64,000 bases of DNA from the human T2T-CHM13v2.0 reference genome, Homo sapiens. The notes below the pieces were generated by a model. That model was not told the origin of the DNA. It did no database searches and saw nothing but the letters and a program-made list of their open reading frames with translations. The stretch's first letter is position 1. Every line of letters starts with the position of its first letter. The translations under genes were made by a program, and so were the position numbers. This document shows positions 28,417-40,460 of this stretch, piece after piece. The stretch lies in the NCBI RefSeq assembly GCF_009914755.1, contig NC_060930.1; one strand, 5' to 3'.

Positions 28417-29197
28417 AAAATAGATGGAGTTCTTAGTCATACAGACTTGAGCTACTTTAATTGGACAAGTCAAGAGAAGATATGATCATTCTCTATTCTT
28501 TACTGGTCAGACTATATCTAAATATCATGTTTAGTTCTGAGACTCACATTTTCAGAAAGACATTGAGAAGTGGAGTAACTCTAGAAAAGGCTTGCCACCA
28601 AATTAAAAGGCCTGAAAATTATATAAAATGAAGAAGAGTTGAAGAAGTTGTGAATATTTAGCCTGGAGAAGAAATAACTTAGGAAGCACACAAGAATTGG
28701 TTACAAAAATCTGAAGAATTGTCACCCTGATTGTTTCCCTCCAGCGAGTAGAAGAAATAACGTATGGAAGTTGTCCTAAAATAAAAATAAAAAAAAGGCT
28801 TCATACAAGACTGATGGAATAAGACATAGGTTCCTGTAACTGGAAAGAAGGACCATCCCTTCAGAATGAATAATCATTTTGGTTTCTATATTGGTCCTTC
28901 ATAAGTTTGGCTAATGTTAGGCTTCTTGATCCCATTCAACTCCAATACAGTTACCTGATTAAAATTATGGATCTGTTGAGTTGGGAGTCAGTTCTTGAAC
29001 CATGGAGAGCTTACAATTTCATTGACACCTTATGAACCCTGTCTTGGTGATGAGGAAATGACACTGCCAACTTTATATCATTTGTCAAATATTATCCAGG
29101 CCCTACTAGCTGGTTCTCCCAGGACTAGAAAGTTTCGTTAAATTGGCCTACATTTTAAATCCAATAACATTATATTATCAGTATTTTATTTCTACTG

Positions 29198-29551
29198 TGT
29201 CTCAGTCTGTTCAGGCTGCTTTAACAAAATGCCATAAACTGGGTAGCTTTTTCATAATGGAAATTTATTTCTCATGGTTCTGGAGGCTAGGAAGTTCAAG
29301 ATCAAGGCAGATTCAGTGTTTGGTGAGGGCTCACTTCCTGGCCACAGACAGCCTTCTAGCTGTGTCCCCTATGTAGTGGAAGAGGTGAGGAGTCTCTCTC
29401 AGGCCTCTTATAAGGGCACTAACGCCATTCACGAGGGCTCCAGCCTCATGACTAATCATCTCCCAAGGGCCACACCTCCTAAAACCATCACTTTGGTGAT
29501 TAGGCTTTCATATACAAATTTTGGGGGAATTCAAACATTCAGATCATAGGA
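29198..29551 (-). mobile_element. MaLR LTR (MLT1A/A0-like)
   Basis: 'tgtctcagtctgttcaggctgc...aagttcaagatcaagg...ataagggcactaa...aacattcagatcatagga'; TSD tactg/tacta. Confidence 0.85.
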
Positions 29552-30374
29552 TACTATATTTAGAGTCTAACAATTTAAATTAATGTTAGAATTTTTCTTT
29601 GATACTTTATATAGAAGCAGATTTTGAAACTGTCATCTTTAATCTTAATGTTTTGGGAAAATTACAGATGCTGAATATGACTATTGGTAGTGAAGTTCAT
29701 AAACAGGATACTATTAATTAATAATCAGTGGATTTAGAAAATCAAAGAATCTGTCTTGTGGGGGTCACTCAGAAGTTTTCTTGAAAAATGTAGAATTAAA
29801 ACACAAGGAAAGGGGTTGTTGGGGAGGGATTTTTTGGGGGGTGAGGTAGGGAAGGGAATTTCTTTCACTCAAGCCATGCCAAACTCTGAGGGGCTTTCTT
29901 AATAAAGAAAACCACTTTTGTAGTCATGATATTCCATACTGAAAGATTCAGTCGTCTTCTCTCTGGGCCTTGATGGATAAGCACCATCATATGCATATTC
30001 ATTCGATTCTTTCTCTTTTAGACTGTATGTAAACAGTCCTTCTTTTGTTAAGACATTCTGTCTTCAGACATATTAATTAAATTGATTAGGTTACAGCTTT
30101 TCTTTTCATCAGTTTCATTCTTGGCAGAAGATATCCCTGGTCCTTGAGTCAGATTTCAGTGTGTCCTAGGCCTCCTCAATCACTCATTTTACAGCCATAT
30201 TTTTGGATATGTTTCTCTTACAGATGGGGGACTCTTATCCATTCCATGTCAGTTTTTACTAGTTTCACTGCAAAACTCATCAGTCTAATTCCCTATGTAG
30301 TGACTTCAGCAACCACAGTGTCAAACTCTATAGGCAGTAAGAAAATTTTTAGACAGGCTAAAAGAGAGCTTTCT

Positions 30375-30401
30375 TTCCTCTTCCTTTCTTTCTTTCCTTT
30401 T

Positions 30402-30452
<51 letters not shown>

Positions 30453-30488
30453 CTCTCTCTCTCTCTCTTTTTTCCTTTCTTTTTCTCC

Positions 30489-30521
<33 letters not shown>

Positions 30522-30808
30522 TTTTGACACAGAGTCTTGCTCTGTCGCCCAGGCTAGAGTGCAGTGATGTGATCATTGCTCATTGCAGACTTGGCCTCTC
30601 TGGGCTCCAGTCATCCTGCCACCTCAGCCTCCCTAGTAGCTGGGACTACAGGCATGCACTACCATGCCCAGCTACTTTTTGTCTTTTTTGTAGAGATGGG
30701 GTTTTGCCATGTTGCCTGGGCTGGTCTTGAACTCCTGGGCTCCAGCAAAATGCCCGCTTTGGCCTCCTGAAGTTCTGGGATTATAGGCAAAAGCCACTGT
30801 GCCTGGTC
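30375..30808 (-). mobile_element. AluJ with an expanded (TTTC/TC)n tail
   Basis: Alu body 30526-30808, ~150-bp pyrimidine tail 30375-30525; TSD taaaagagagctttct (30359-30374) / taaaagtgagcattct (30809-30824). Confidence 0.95.
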
Positions 30809-32624
30809 TAAAAGTGAGCATTCTAAAAGGAGATATTGCCAAATTTCTTAAAATATTGGCATTCAACAAACTTAATTGTATTATCTGCTCCTCTCTCCTT
30901 TATACACAAAGGATCTAAAGTCCCGCTCAGTAATGTTATTTTTAGACAAGGGATAGCAACATTAGGAGCAAGAAGAAATTCAAGCAAGAAGAAAGCAGCA
31001 CCACCTCCCTCTTTGTGCCCCGGAGATGGAAGCAGCTGAGAATGCTGGAAAGTCTGGTTTCTGCTCTGCAGTGCATCAGTGTTAACAGGGCTGCATCCAT
31101 ATGGGTAGGAAGACCCTAAGGCCTGGTTTGCCCAGGGTGGCTCCAGTGTATGCCCGTGGTCTTGGAGTAATTATTATTCATGATCCCTTTCACTCTCAAA
31201 ATTATTCCCAGGTTGGATGATAAGTGATATAGTTGCTTTAATTATGTAGCTTCTTAACTCTAAGAGTGGGTCAGGTCTCCAGACGAGGCAGCAAAGACAC
31301 CTAATTGAGAGGAGAAATATGCTAGGAAGGAAAGGGAGAGAGGGCATATTAATCCTTCCCCTCAGAGGGCTTGGGCTTGATCTTCCAAAACTCATCCAAG
31401 AAATCTGAGTTGTTAGAAACCATATTTAGAATAAACTACCATCAGCAAAGGGAAGGAAGGTAACTTGCATTCCTAAGCAGGGCTTCTGAACAGCTGTATA
31501 AGCTACATCTGTCTGTCTGTCCAGCCTCTTCCCATGGATTTGTATTTGAGTTGAATTAGCCAAAAGCTATCCTTTTCCACATAAGACACAAGTGATTTTC
31601 AGCTTGTAGGCTCTTGAGAAACAGGAGTTGGTGGAGCTTGGCTCCAAGCAAAACTGCAAAGGAGAAGGCTCAGGCTTCCCTTCTGTTCCCTGTTCTCCAC
31701 ACCGCCCCATGATGTCAAAGACAGTCAGTCAGCTCAGACTATTCTGTTAGGAAGCCTTTCCCTGAGCCTGAGTTAGGTACCCTCCTCTGCCCCCATCACA
31801 CCTGTGCGCTCTCCCTCTGAGCAGTGATCACACTGTATAGCCATGGCCTCTCTCCTCAGCTGCCTCCCATTGTGGGCTCTGAACCATGTGATGGCAAAGA
31901 CTGTTTCCTTGTCTGTAAAATGAGGATGAGTAGGCAGATGTTGGACCTACCCTGAAGCATGAACTGACAATTAGACACGTAAAGAATTAAGCATATAGTT
32001 TCCTTCTTCACCTGAAACAATTTTCTCCATTTTGGTCTGTCAATCAGCCATGCAGGTTCAATGGCTAGAGTTGGCCCCTACATTGAAATGCTAGGACCAA
32101 TCACTCTCATTGGGAGTTTGGGGTTCCTGTAGGCTCTGTCTTGCATCTTCAGATCAATTTTCAGATTTCCCTCTACTCTGTTTCTAAAAAAAATAAAAGC
32201 TTGTAAATGTAACCCACATACTAAGACATTTTTATAAAAGTAAATTTTTATAGTCTAGGGAAGATTTTTTCTGAGTTCTCTTGCCATCTTCACTTGACAA
32301 AGGGAACACTTTCCTGCTGACTTTTATAGGCAGTCAAACTTGGCTATTATTTTCCCTGACAGTCTGGTCACTTAGGAGTATTTAGACATTCAGCTGAAGA
32401 TTCAGATTGGAGAGACCAACATCTCCCATGTAGCATAAAACGCAGCTCTCAGTCTCAACAAATTTCATGTAACAGGCATTTATGGAGTTCCACTACGTGC
32501 AAAGGGCTGTGCTAACTCCCACCCAACTGTGACTTTTCCATCAATAGTGACAGATTTAGTTACTGTTGTCTCCTACCCATGCGGCAGCCCTGAAACTGCC
32601 TCTGCTGGTTTTGAGGAAGCACCC

Positions 32625-33154
32625 CAGGACGTTAAGTAGAATATAACAAAGGTAACAGGGTTTTGCAGATATAATTTATGTCCCAAATCCATTGGTTTTG
32701 AGTTAATCAAAAGGGCGAGAATGAGATAACCAGGTGAACATCCCTGAAAGAGGGACTGGCCCTCCCTGAGGTGAGAGACTATCCTTGATGAAATAAGTGG
32801 CTGTGTCAGAGAAGTCCGCGTGGCAAGGAACTTTGGGTGACATCTAGGAACAATGTGTCCTCCAGACCTGAAGGTGTCCTCCAGGCAACAGCCAGCAAAA
32901 AGTCCATCATCAGTCATGTGGCTGCAAGGAAATGAGTTCTTCCACCAACCCAAATGATCTTGGAAGTGCATTCTTCCCCAGTCAAGCTCCAGATGAAATG
33001 CAGCCCTATGGGCACCTTGATTGCAGCCTTGTAGGATCCTGAGCAGAGGACCCAGCTAAGACGTGCCTCATGAACACTTTAAGATAGTAAATGTGAGTTA
33101 CTTTAAGCTGCTAAGAGCATGGTAGTTTGTTTCTTAGTCACAGATAAATAACAC
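32625..33154 (+). mobile_element. MaLR LTR (MLT1E-like)
   Basis: 'gtggcaaggaact...acagccagcaaaaag...caccttgattgcagccttgt...gagcagaggacccagctaag...tttaagctgctaag'. Confidence 0.8.
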
Positions 33155-33169
33155 AAGGACTGTGGCTCT

Positions 33170-33563
33170 TATTCATCCAGCTTCTGTGGTTAGGTGGCTG
33201 GGTCCCTTTCTGGGAACTGTCCTCAACCACAGATAGCTACCTCCCCCAGGGGCCACTTCTCCTCCTTTTCAGTGGCAGCCAGATCACATGACTGGTCAAT
33301 GATTGGCCAGTGGGAGCAGGAGTAAAGGGACATGAAGGCACAGCTTGCTTGCCTGGGGCAGGGACAGCTCTGAAGGACTATGCCAGAGCTCTCTGTGGAA
33401 TTAACTGTGGCGTTTTTGTGACTGCACGGCAAGGAGTTCAACTCCTCCCTCTCTAACTGCTTTCTTTACTCCTCTCTGGTGTGGATCCTGAGACCACACA
33501 ATGACATACTTCCTGTGTGAAAATCTCTACCTCGGAGCTGTTCCTGGAGAAACTGACCTAAAA
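33170..33563 (+). mobile_element. ERVL LTR (LTR16-like)
   Basis: 'gggacagctctgaaggactatgccagagctc...aatctctacctcggag...ctgacctaaaa'. Confidence 0.55.
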
Positions 33564-35237
33564 TAATCATAACTGTTTTCTTTTAATACATATGTTATTA
33601 TCAAGTGATATTCCCTAAAGTCTGCAAGTCTAAATGAAAGGCAATGAAAGAGGAACAGTTGCTGGTGACCTTGTTTTAGTTTGCTTTTGTTTTGTAAATG
33701 CAGATTCCCCTATTCTTTTTCAATAATCTTTCACAAAGTCCTTTACATAAATTAGCAGGAAGGCACTGGGATGGTCCCTAGAGATTATTGAAGTCCATTC
33801 ATTTTATTGTACAGAGTGGGAAATGAAGGCTCAGGGTTGTATGTGTGTCTCTGTGTGTGTGTGACTTGTCCAGATAATTCACTCATTCAACCAGCATATT
33901 TTTATCAGGATTGGATCTGGCCTCTGTAGACTCTGCAGAATGTGCTTACAAATGCATGGGGGGTCTCACCACAGCCTTGCAACTTCCTGATGTGACACTA
34001 CTAGTGCCCAAGCTGGGCTGCTCAGTGAAGCTGTCTGGACTGGTGGCCACTCAGTGCCTCTGCCCTTGGTGCTGCCCCACGTCTATGAGGATCTCCATGT
34101 AGCTCCTTTTCCTTCTCTTGGGCTGGGAAGTTGCAGAAACTCGACTTGGACCCATCAAATTGTTCTTTAAGCTCTGGTGTGTTATTGCATAGATGGAAAA
34201 ACCATGTTCTATTTTTGTATCAGAGTTCTATGTAAGATGCTTTACTCTGATTTAACCATGATGAACTATGACACTCATGCTAGTTACTATGTGCCTGGCA
34301 CCATTGCACTTACTTTACAAATACCAATTCAGTTAATTCTTACAATGATTCTATTTGGTAGCTGATATTAAAGTTATTAACAGACAAATGTCTATAAGTG
34401 TGTTTGACTTGCATCAGCTTTTATTTCAGAAAAAGGCTTGGGCTTGTGAACTAATGCTTGGGGAAGACAAATGATTCTTTTTCAAATTATCTATGAAATG
34501 CTGAATTTTCTAATTATTTCTCTCTTTGGAAAATAATCCCTTTTAAGTGTAGATATTATATAAAATACATGCCTATTCTTGACCATTCTGGGACCAATTA
34601 CCAAGGTTTTAAAATAGCCCAGGCTCATTGCCTCTTTCCCTTCTCCCTCTCCTGCCCACCTTCTGGTGTTCCTCTGTTCATAGACACGTCCCTTGCAAGT
34701 GGAAGAGGAGATGAGCAGAAATTCAAACCTGTCAGACATGGTTGGCTGTTACCTGCTCTGCTAAAGACCAGGGGACTAAGAGCTGGAAGCTAATGGGATG
34801 CCTTGTCAGGGGCTCTTTCTATACTAGCCTTGTCCCTCCTGCCATCGTGGTCTGGGACCCCCAGACCACTGAGCAACAGGAGAGCCTTGTTTATATGACG
34901 ATTTTATTCCATGTTGTGAGCTTTTCCTTCAATTTACCACCAAAAGTTGCTGGCAAGACACCAATTTAGTGCAGTTTGAGTAAGCGAACATGTTTGCTGT
35001 TTTCCACTGTGTATTTTTAACCTATCCTTGTTTACTGGCCACCTTCTACTATATGGTATCACTTTGTGTTGAATACTAAAAAGGCATAAGTCCCAAACTC
35101 TGCCAGAGAGGAATGATTAGACAGAACAAAACAAAACCACAAGTGGATACAGTAAGGAATAAATGCTTTTATTATAACTTTTTTTGATAAAAAATGCACC
35201 GACATCCCTTATTCTCTATTTCACTTAGTCTCTGCAG

Positions 35238-35657
35238 TGTGTTAGTTTTCTATGACTGCTGTAACAAATTAACCCAGACTTAGCGGCTTAAAACAATACA
35301 GATTTATCATTTTACAGTTCTGGAGATCAGATGTCCAAAATGGGCCTCATTGGGCTACAATCAAGGTGTCAGCAGGGCTGCATCCCTTCTGGAAGCTCTA
35401 GAAGAGAATCTAGTGTCTTGTGTTTTTGACTCATAGAGGTTGCCCGCATTCCTTGGCTCATGGCCCCCTTCCACCTTCAAAGTCAGGAACAGCTGGTGGA
35501 GTCTTTCTCACATCACATCGTTCTGACATTGACTCCCCTGCCTGCCTCTCCCACGTTTAAGGACCCTGTGATGACACCGAGCCCAGTGGAATAATCCAAG
35601 ATAATCTCCTTATTTAAGGCCAGCTAATTAGCAAACTTAATTCAATCTGCAACCTCA
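35238..35657 (-). mobile_element. MaLR LTR (MLT1C/D-like), truncated
   Basis: 'tgtgttagttttctatgactgctgtaacaaatt...gcggcttaaaacaa...aatccaagataatctcc...ttaattcaatctgcaacct'. Confidence 0.8.
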
Positions 35658-36449
35658 ATGCCTTGAAGCATGCCTTGAAGCATTAGGAGGATTTAGAGAG
35701 GCTGGGAAGAATGAGGAAGGCATTTCAGGGACAGGAGGGCTGCCGAATAAAGCCACCAGGGCAGAGATGCATTGGAGACTGGTGTTTGTGTTTTCACCTC
35801 TTCTGATTCCTAATTCCTTGTTGGTTCCCATGATGTCACTTTCAACCCCACAAACTCAAAATCAAGATAGAAACAGTGATGGAAAGACATTTTCTGGACT
35901 CAAGGGAAGAGAATCAGAAATCTGACTTTGGGGAAAAGAGGACCATTGTGTTACATCAATAGAGGCACAGTCTTTTGGTGCCAAGTTTAGGAAATGCTGA
36001 ATGTTGAAGGGCAGCTCATGACATTTTAGCAGAAAAGGACACATGGGGACACATTCCAAAGAGTTGATACAGAATGCTAGATAACTCAAGAGCTGAAAAC
36101 AGGAAGACTCAAGAGAAAACAAGGAGCATTTGTTGTTGTTGTCCTAAAATGTTAGACAACCTTCTGAAACAAATCTCTGTAATTTTACCTGGATGTGACA
36201 TCCAGTACATCAGTCCCTGGACATCCAGTTTTCTCTTTTGAATGATTAATTACCAAGTTGTTATTAGCATTAGCTTTTTTATTGATTGTTCATTAATAAG
36301 TATTTTGACAAATGCTTTGCCGTTGGTACAGTCATTAAAAACAAAAAGCCATACAACAATAAAACCATCCCTGATTTTTATAAAGCTGTTAGATTCAGGA
36401 GATGAGAAAGAAGAAGGCTTACTGCAAAAATCATAACTTTAGCTGTGCA

Positions 36450-36810
36450 ACTATATTAGAGGAAGTAATGCTAACAGCAGGTACAGACTAACCTCAAAAT
36501 CTCAGTGATTTAGTGCAACAAAAATTTATTGCTTGCTTTTGTCACAGTTCAGTGCGGTCAGTGGGCTCTGTTCCATGTAGTCATTCAGGGATCCAAGCTC
36601 CTTTCATGATGAGGCACAGCCATCTTCAGTGTGTGTCCTCGTAGAGACCCTGACATCAGCTAGCCAGCAAACAAGGGTCAACACAGAGAGAGACTAAAAA
36701 GGCACATCCACTCTTAACTGGCTTAGTGTGGCAGGAACATATATCTGCTCACTTTCCATTGGTAAGAATACAAGAATACATCATATGGCTCCATCTAACT
36801 CTAAGAGGGC
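36450..36810 (-). mobile_element. Old MaLR LTR (MLT1K/L-like)
   Basis: 'cctcaaaatctcagtgatttag...aatttatt...gtcattcagggatccaagct...gctcactttccattgg'. Confidence 0.55.
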
Positions 36811-38079
36811 TCAGGACTCTAAGAAACCTTCTCAAGTTTCCGAGTTGTTTTGCAAAAAGTAAACACAATCATGATCTTTTGGCTACAACTCCATCTACAG
36901 GGTGAGCAACTTCTTCTCTTCATTAACTCTTCTTGGTGTTTACCTCTAGATTTGTTGGAAGGAGAAAGATGGGGAAAGGAGGGTAGAAGCACCCTCTGGA
37001 ATGCCCCAGGTAGCTATCAGACACATTTCAAGTGATTCTCACCTCTGTTTTATTCTATATCCTCACTCCCGCCTGGAAAGTTTCATCAAAGGAGTCTGTA
37101 TTTAACACAGAAAAAAAAACCTTCAAATATGCCAGTTGGTAGTTTTGGCCCCCTTAATTATGTGATGTCAAGGTGCCACAATCTAAAACAGTGTTTTGGG
37201 GATTGGCAGCACCCTTGCCCACTGTGTTCCTGCAGAACTAAGCTCTCATGTCACAGATGCTCTCTTTGAAGGTCAAGAGGAGGCTCCCAGTGATAATTAT
37301 CTGCATGTAAAAGTAACATGGCAAAGCTCCGCCCCTGTCCTTCCTTCTGCCCTTCTCGCATGATCAAAGCCCAGAAGCAGCCTCATGGATCACAGCCATT
37401 TTCTCTACTCACACCTTGCCACCCTGTCTTAGGGGCCAGAGAGATAGGAATTGGCACCCTTAGGCTGATTTAAGGAACATTTGTTATTCTCTGATTTCCA
37501 GGCTATTTAGCACACAGAAGAATCACTGCCAAATAACAGAGAGGGATGGTTACAACTTGTCGGGCCCTCAAACAGCCTCTCCTCCTTCTCCAGACTCTAC
37601 CCAGTGTCACCTTAATGAGAATTATGAGGACCATGGTTGTTCTGAAGGGAATCTGGGCCACTCTAGGCAGCCGTTTCCTACTGAGCCGAGAGGAGCTAAC
37701 AAATGAGGCAGGGAAATAAATAGGCTTATGCCCGCTAACTCCCCTGAATGCTGTTCCCATTAAAACACACCCATTGGAGGAGACTACTCACTTGTAATTG
37801 CCACCGATAAATCTATCACACCACACATAGTTTTACTGAAGTCTAACCCGCCAATATAATTAAACAAGGAAAAGGGAGCAAATTTATTCATGGCGATCAT
37901 TCATCAGGCTCATGTTTAGACTTCTGTTGTCAACTATTACCATCTCTGTTTTACACTGGAAGCTTCTTCTATAGCCATTTTGCTTCACAGACAATATGCT
38001 TGCATTTCACAAGCACACATGGGTATCCTACAAGGCACTGCCCTTGAAAAATGTTTTTCAAGTACGTGGGATATAAGTT

Positions 38080-38250
38080 GGAGTCCTGACTCTGTATACA
38101 CAATGTGCTACCTGTGTGACTTTGTTCAAATTATTCAACCTCTCTGAGCCTGCTGCCTTCTATAAAGTGAGCATAGTGACACTCACCTGCACTGTTTTGC
38201 ATAGAATAGATAAGCATAAGAAACAGGACAGAGGAGGTGCCCAATAAACA
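38080..38250 (+). mobile_element. MIR
   Basis: 'ctgtgtgactttgttcaaattattcaacctctctgagcct...ctataaagtgag'. Confidence 0.6.
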
Positions 38251-38599
38251 TTGGCCTTTCTATTTTTTTCTTTACCTTCCTGACCTTTCTATCTCTCTCC
38301 TTTCTCTCTTCTCAGGAGCATTCGGTAGTTTTATAACCAGGACCCTAATTAATGAGCTTGCTGAGAGCTGGGTGAAAGTTGCCCAAATGGAGAGGTGACG
38401 AGTAGGTGTATATTCCGTGTCAAAGCAAATGAAATTGAGCTCATTAGAAGCAAAACACCTTACAAAAGAGCCAAATGCTAAAGGCACTGTAGAAATATAA
38501 AAGAAGTCACACTCTGGAGGCAGTTCTCTGGGGTGCCCAAGTTCTAAGGAGCCACTGGAGGAGACATCGGAGCCAGCACTCACCCTTTGGCCTCCATGG

Positions 38600-40460
38600 T
38601 GAGCTCTCCTGGTTTTACTTCTTCCTCCTTCTGCTTCTTTCAGCTCCTTTGACAGCTCATCCTCTTCCACCCAACTTCAAATGTTACAGTTCCTCAGATG
38701 CAGCCTTGGGCCCTTTTTATGCCTCATTCCACATTCTCTTCCTAAGCAATCACATCCATGCCCATCGCTTTGGTTACCAGGCATACTCTGGTGACTTTCA
38801 AATGGACTTCTTCTGCCCAGATATATGCTCTGGGTTCTAGACCTGTCTATCCTTCTGCCTCCATGTCATCTATTAGATGTCTCAAGGGTACACCAGATAA
38901 AATTGGATAAAATAAACCAATGCTATTCATACCTGCAAACCTGGTCCTGCTGCAATGTTTGCTGACTTGGGGAATTGTGCCTGCAGCCAAGAAGTTGCCT
39001 GGAAATCATCCTTGTCTCCTCTCTTTCTCTGTCCATCCTCCATCCAGTCGATCACAAATGCAGCCACAAATTCCAATTATAAAGCTGCTAGTCTTTCTCA
39101 TGAGGCTGTGATGGCCTGTGCCGGCTCTTCCACCATCCAGTTTGGCCCCACCCACTCCATTCTCCAGACTCTAAATGGAGAGATCTTTTAAATATCTCAT
39201 TGTTGCACTCATTACTCACCCTGTCATATCCACTTCCTGTGGAAAACCTTTCAAAGGACTCTTATTGCTTTCAGGATGAAATTCCACATCCCTAACACCA
39301 TTTATAAGGATCTACCTATCAGCTAACTTCATCCTTATTGCCTCATCTCTATTTCTGAGGACCAGCCACCCAGCATTTTTAATCTCCTGGACACACTACC
39401 ATTTCTCCCACCTCAGAGCCACCACGATTGCTCTCCCTCGCTTCAGAATACTTGGCTAGTTTTTGCTCATCCATTAGATCTTATCTTAGATATGACTATG
39501 TCTTATTGGTTTTAAAGCATGTTTTCTACATTTTAACATCTCTGAAGTTAGGGTGCGTACGTTGGCATGGACTGTTGGCTGGCAGCTGCTGGGACCTTGT
39601 TGTCCCCCTGTGCACACAGCGACAGCATCAGCGTCAAAACTTGCAGGATGGGGTTAGCGGCTTGGCAGTAAGCCCCGGAGACAATGTGGAGCACTCTTTT
39701 AACTCCTAGCAAGCAAATGGTTGTAGTATGAGTGGGGGCGGGAGTGGATCCGATCTGTGTGGCAACATTCCCCAAGCAGGAATCAAAAATAGGTTAGCTC
39801 TACATAATTGCAAATTTGGCTTAAGAGCAAAGTACCAATAGCTTTTAGTTCTGTTATAGATTCTCTTAAGAAATATCATATCATCAGTGCTCTTAATGGC
39901 ACAGGGAATGATATTGTGGGGAAAAGCCTAGACATTAACCACGCTGCATTGAAAGTGATTAGGAAGAAATGGATTCTGAACGTAAAGAAATTCTAGGAAT
40001 TCCTTAAGAACCTATTTTGCTTATATTTCCTCTCTTAACTATGCACAAAATGATATTTAATTAAAAAAGTCAAATTAAAGGTAAAATGAATATCTTAAGT
40101 CTTAAGACAGCCTTGTGTCATATTTAATTGGAAACTTTTTTTTTTCTTAGTGGTACATACAATAATGGTGTGTCTCACATTTGGTGACATCTGAGACTTA
40201 ATGAAAAACAGTCGCTCCTAAGAGCAGGCTTTGCTGACGCCTCAAATCAGGACAGGCCATCTTTTTATAAGCTCTCTCATATTCTGGTAGCTTCTTATAT
40301 GACTAATAATAGCTGTAATAAATGGTAAATTAGTCATTTCATATCTGCAAGATTGTAAGTTCAATACGAAAAGAGACTGTATCGTTCATGTTCACTTCTT
40401 TTCCCAGAAGCTAGAATGCAGGGGTTGCATAAGAGATCTTCGTTTGAATAAATGAATGAG
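38600..40460 (+). mobile_element. L2 3' region, interrupted by a Tc2-type DNA transposon
   Basis: Pyrimidine-rich L2 sense sequence ending in the L2 tail 'gaataaatgaatga' at ~40446-40459. Confidence 0.65.
39495..40212. mobile_element. TcMar-Tc2 DNA transposon remnant (Kanga/MER104-like)
   Basis: Left end 'ttctacattttaacatctctgaagttagggtgcgt'; right end 'aataatggtgtgtctcac...catctgagacttaatgaaaaacag'. Confidence 0.55.

Larger units (their letters stand above)
27040..28730 (+). mobile_element. L3/CR1 LINE remnants (~27040-27310 and ~28480-28730) flanking the L1MC insertion
   Basis: CR1-like 'ctggtcagactatatct...cacattttcagaaagacattgagaagtggag...atttagcctggagaaga'. Confidence 0.55.

Noticed and set aside
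30144-30770. Lys/Glu/Arg-rich and Phe/Ser-rich ORFs
   Set aside because: Translations of the Alu body and its (TTTC)n tail.
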